From NCBI GenBank assembly GCA_002104945.1, contig MCFH01000023.1, forward strand, positions 124,001-188,000: a DNA stretch of 64,000 nt, given 5' to 3'. The position numbers were made by a program, and so were the translations under genes. The notes beneath the pieces are model-generated. The model did not search any database. It worked only from the letters and a program-made list of their open reading frames with translations, and was not told the DNA's origin. Shown here piece after piece: positions 59,380-64,000 of this stretch; position 1 is the first letter of the stretch, and every line of letters begins with the position of its first letter. This DNA is from Piromyces finnis finn (Eukaryota > Fungi > Neocallimastigomycota).

Positions 59380-60946
59380 TATGTTTATGTTTTTTAAACT
59401 TTATTATTATTAAATTTTAAATAATAAAAAAAAATAAAGTTTAAAATTTAACTTTATATAATATCAATAATTATTTATGAAAGTTTATGTTGTATACATA
59501 GTATACATAGTATACATACAATTTTAATAGCAGCTTTTAGAACTAAAGAATTGAACTAATAATAATTTAAAAAAAAAGTTTTAGTTTAAAAAGAATTCCA
59601 ATAAATATGGCTAATTCAATAAACAATATTTTCATAATTTCAGCATTTTTTTTTTCTCTTCATGGTTGAGGATTCATTTAATAAATATTAATATTGTATC
59701 GTACATGAAAATTAGGTAATTGCCATAGTGCCATTAATAAAAAAATTGTAATTGTAATAACGTACTATTATTTTTCCTTTTTTTTTTTTTTTATTAAAAA
59801 TAGTTTATTATTCAACAAAAGCAGGAATTAGATATATTCTTTTATTATAAAATTTTATTATAAAATTCTTTTTAACACCATTCCTAAAACTGTTTTTTTA
59901 TTACTATTTTTTTTTTTTTGATAAATACTTTTAGAAAATTAATTATTAAAATTTGAATATAAAACAAAAAATTTAATATTTATATTTATAGTTACTATTA
60001 TCCACAAAAACAATTTAGTATTATTACTTAATGATCTTTTTTTTAAAAAACTTTGATTTTCATTTTATTTTTATTACTATTATTCATTAACTTTATTGAA
60101 TTATTAATAGACATATTTCCTACACATCCACCCATTTCCTTACTTTTAGATAAAAAAGAGAGTTGTTGCTGTTGTGAAATAAAGCAAAGTATGGTTTTTT
60201 TTATTTAATAAAGTTTTTTTCTTGTTGGTTTGTTTAAACTCAATGGTAATAAAGTTATAATATATTCAAATATATTCACCAATATATTATGTTTATATTT
60301 AAAATTTGAAAAAAAAAGAAATATTAATTTAATATAAATCTTGTGTAACCTAATGTTATATTCTATTCAAATAATCATAATAGTAAAAATTTCATTTTCA
60401 TTATTTTATTATGGAATATTAAAATCAACATGCCTAAATAGTTTTTATGAAAAGAAAAAAAAGGAAAATGAATAAGGTAAAGATTAAAAAATAACAACAA
60501 CAACAACAACAACAACAACATTGATTCTATAAAATATTTTTATTTTTATTATTATTCTTATTCTATTTTTGAAAATTTAAAAAAAGTTTTTTAAAGGTTA
60601 ATAAAAAGACTAGACTAGTTATTCCTTTTAGGTTGATATTATTACCTACATACATACTGATCATTTTTATTTAATGAAATTCTTTGGGTATTATTGGTCA
60701 TTCCGCATATTGAATTTTCTCAAAGATTTATTAGCTTTAATCCACTTTACTGGTTTTTTATAAAAAATAAACTTTGTCATAATATTTAATATTTTGTTAT
60801 ATTAATTGGAAAATCAATTAAAAATTTTTATTATAAATAATATAAAAAAGGCCAAAAAAAAAAAAAAAAAAATTAAAAAAGTAAAATAAAATAAAATAAA
60901 AAAATTATATATAATATTAAAAAATAATATATATAATAAAATAAAA

Positions 60947-61954
60947 ATGAAATACCTTGGAATTTATCTTGTAGTAGCTATATCTTACCTTGTTACTGTT
61001 TTAGCTGGTCCAGCACCATCTGTATACATAAATGATAAAAATTATGAATACTACGCTCAACAAGGTTTTACTGAATGTTACGTTACTTCTCTTACCTCAT
61101 TAGCCAAAAAATCCTCTAAACTTACCTTTGAACCATATGTTACTGATAGTAAAACTGGTATTAAATACAATGTTGGTGGTTTAATGGCTGATTTAACTGG
61201 TAGTGTTGCTACTACTATTGAAGTTCCATCTACTCTTCGTAGTTCCTTTTCTATCTCAGACAATATTCTTAAAACTGCTAAGAAGTTAAAGTCAGTTAGA
61301 ATTGCATCTACTAAGGATGTTAACGTTTTTGACAATACTTTCAATGGTGTAAGTACTGATATTAATATCTACGGTAAAGGTGTTGACAAGATGCTTAGAA
61401 ACTATGCTAAGAAATTCCTTCAATACAACTACCCAGATTTAATCACTGACTACAGTAAACTTTCTGAATACGATACTAGAATCTACTTATATAATGTTGC
61501 TAAAATTGTTAAAGACTTCAAAATTGATCTTGCTATGAAGTATGGTGACAATGGTGCTGTTGCTCTCTTTTTAAAGCAAGGAACTACTCTCGGTATTTCT
61601 AGAGCTGTTCGTTACCTTGCTATTGCTTCTGGTTATAGTGAAAGTAAAATTATTGTTGCTGGTGATGATATTCAACATGGTTTCTGTCTTGTTAAGCTCA
61701 ACAGTTCTTGGTACGTTTATGATGCTGTTAAGGGTTACTACAATGACAGATCTCCATGGTCTTTCTTCCAAACTATGAATGGATACATTAATGGTACTCT
61801 TAACCCATACTACGGAAGACTTTACAAATCTGATGTTAATACTTTTGTTAAATACAATGCTATTGTTGGTTGTAAGGAAGAATCATTCTCTGGTTACGAA
61901 AAGGAAAACTTAGTTCAATGGTTATCTAAAAACAATAAGGGAAACTTAGCTTAA
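60947..61954 (+). CDS. Secreted protein with BspA-like LRR remnant and transglutaminase-like domain lacking the catalytic Cys
   Basis: Signal peptide; IEVPSTL..ISDNIL...LKSVRI (LRR_5-like); then ALFLKQGTTLGISRAVRYLAIASG...QHGFCLVKLNSSWYVYDA, matching the GxCxGYA...H.W..V....WY..D pattern with Thr at the Cys position. Confidence 0.7.
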   Translation: MKYLGIYLVVAISYLVTVLAGPAPSVYINDKNYEYYAQQGFTECYVTSLTSLAKKSSKLTFEPYVTDSKTGIKYNVGGLMADLTGSVATTIEVPSTLRSSFSISDNILKTAKKLKSVRIASTKDVNVFDNTFNGVSTDINIYGKGVDKMLRNYAKKFLQYNYPDLITDYSKLSEYDTRIYLYNVAKIVKDFKIDLAMKYGDNGAVALFLKQGTTLGISRAVRYLAIASGYSESKIIVAGDDIQHGFCLVKLNSSWYVYDAVKGYYNDRSPWSFFQTMNGYINGTLNPYYGRLYKSDVNTFVKYNAIVGCKEESFSGYEKENLVQWLSKNNKGNLA

Positions 61955-63138
61955 ATTAATTCCTTTTATTAGTAATTATCAAATGTATAAAATATAAAAA
62001 CTTATTATTAGTTTATAATTATCTATTAAATATTAATAGTTGACTTTTTCATAGAATAAAAACTACTGAAAATGTAAATTATAAACTATTTAATAATGTA
62101 TTAATTGGTATAAATGATTTGAATAATTAAAAAAAAAAAAAAAAAAAACATTTTCATTTCATTTATATAAATCATTAATATTATAAATATCATAAAAAAA
62201 AAAAAAAAAAAAAACATAATTAATTATCATAATATATATAAATAAACATTATAAATATTATCTAAATATTGTAAATTCATCTTTCCTATTTAATAATAAC
62301 AATAATTGTAAGATATTTGTTAAGCATATTGAAATGTATTGTAATGAATACAGTACTATTATATAAATCATGAATTTTAATATAATAATAAATTATATAT
62401 CAATAAAGTTGACAATTATAAAACTTTACCATTATTCATCATAAAGTAAACTTTATCATTTTAAAGTTTATAATAAAACTTTATTGGTATTTTAAAAGGA
62501 AAATATTAATAAACTTTTTATATAAAACATTTAAATCATATTCTTTTCTTTTTTTAAATCCATATATACCACTAATATTATTATTTAATCTAAAAATAAT
62601 TTTTAAAAGTTTTAACAATACTTTTTATAGGTTTTTTTTTTTTTTATATTTACATAATATACTATTACTATTACATTTCCTTTTTACCAACCATACTTTA
62701 AAATGACTGGTAAATTCCTTATTTAAATATAGTAAATGAAACGAAATTTTGCCAATTTTTAAAAAAAGGATTATAACCTTTTTTTTTCTTTTTTTACAAC
62801 TCCAAAACTCATATCCCATTGAAATAATAATAATATTTTTTTTTTTCTTTATTAAAATTAAAAATATGCTTTTATTTTAAATGTGATTTTTTTTTTTTTA
62901 TTATTATTAGAAATAGTTAACTGTTTATATCAATAATAATAGAAGTAAAGATATAATGCATTAAAAAAACAAAACTTATTAATTATAGTCTATGATTTTA
63001 AAAAGATACAATGGATAGTATTATAAAAAAAAAAAAATATTGTAAAGAAAATAAAATTTTTTTTTTGTTTGTTTTTAAATTTTTTTTTTTTTTTTAAAAA
63101 TTTACTTTATATTTTTCTTTCTTTTTTTTTTTTAATTT

Positions 63139-63999
63139 TTATTTTTTTTCTTCATTATTTTCGTTTTCATTATTTTCCAGCCTCTTATTTATTCTCTTCA
63201 GTAAAACACCCTTTTCACTAAAAGTGATATTTACAGTACTTTTATAGTGAATAAATAATTCAATAAATTCACCCGGAATCTTGGATACATTTCCTAAATC
63301 TTTTTCGGCTAGATTCAAAATTATTCTATGTTCTTTGGCATAGTTTATTAATAAATGGGATATTTTTAGATTCCTATGTTTTATAATGGCCAATAAAAGT
63401 GGATACCAACCATTTTTACCTTTTATATTTAATTGTAAAATATTTTCATTTTTTTCATAGTATTCAATTAATAAATTAATCATATCAATGTTATTATTGT
63501 AACATGCCCATGCTATTGGGTAATAACCATCTTCATTTTTTACATTTAAATTCAATATCACCTTTGATTTTGTAGCATAATCTATCAATACATTAACCAT
63601 TTCCATATTATTGTTACTACAAGCAAATATAATCGGATTATTTCCCCATACATTCTGTTTATTAAATTCTAAAAATATATGATGTTTTTCACAATAAGTA
63701 ATTAATAGCTTTACTATATCAATATTATCATTGATATAAGCCCATAAAATGGAACTTTCATTTTTTTTATTTGTATCATTTACTTTTAAAATAATATTAA
63801 TCTTATTGGCATATCCTATAATTGTAGTTAACATAGTAATGTCATTTTTATCACAAGCTGTTATCAATGGACTATTTCCATTTTTATCTTTTTCGTTTAT
63901 ATCTATTTCAATATTTTTCATGGATACATATTCTATGAATAGTTTTAGTTTATTTACTTCAGTTCCGTTTAAACATTCTCGAAATATTTTATTTATATC
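63139..63999 (-). CDS. Ankyrin-repeat protein (long-repeat type); frame open to the window edge, so possibly 5'-partial
   Basis: INEKDKNGNSPLITACDKND... repeats like those at 35379-40629; the frame stays open from 63921 to 63999. Confidence 0.8.
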   Translation of the reverse strand, partial: DINKIFRECLNGTEVNKLKLFIEYVSMKNIEIDINEKDKNGNSPLITACDKNDITMLTTIIGYANKINIILKVNDTNKKNESSILWAYINDNIDIVKLLITYCEKHHIFLEFNKQNVWGNNPIIFACSNNNMEMVNVLIDYATKSKVILNLNVKNEDGYYPIAWACYNNNIDMINLLIEYYEKNENILQLNIKGKNGWYPLLLAIIKHRNLKISHLLINYAKEHRIILNLAEKDLGNVSKIPGEFIELFIHYKSTVNITFSEKGVLLKRINKRLENNENENNEEKK

Positions 64000-64000
64000 A

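Overview
Extremely AT-rich eukaryotic DNA with GT-AG introns. The gene repertoire points to an anaerobic gut fungus (Neocallimastigomycota); this is inferred, not database-checked. Protein-coding content: the 5' end of a GH2 beta-galactosidase, a GT17 (GnT-III-like) glycosyltransferase, a multi-exon TmcB-like membrane protein, a bacterial-type cyclophilin-like-fold protein, a CE1 esterase, and two tandem secreted Cys-rich/phage-tail-lysozyme genes. Further along are a ~1750-aa ankyrin gene split by two poly-A indels, a solute-binding-protein/class-C GPCR fusion, a 19-exon LRR-CBM18 gene, four small membrane-protein paralogs (three with LPxY motifs), an Asn-rich protein, a transglutaminase-like protein lacking the catalytic Cys, and a partial ankyrin gene. 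Mobile DNA: an internally deleted LINE, a probable solo LTR, an internally deleted copia element with both LTRs, a candidate MITE, and a tRNA-Ala-derived SINE with poly(A) tail and perfect 12-bp target-site duplication. The most striking observation is that this SINE and the LINE remnant 7.6 kb away share an ungapped 37/43-nt structured motif near their 3' ends, suggesting a SINE/LINE partnership. Several genes carry single-base homopolymer indels, which may be assembly errors. No rRNA, intact tRNA or CRISPR array was found.
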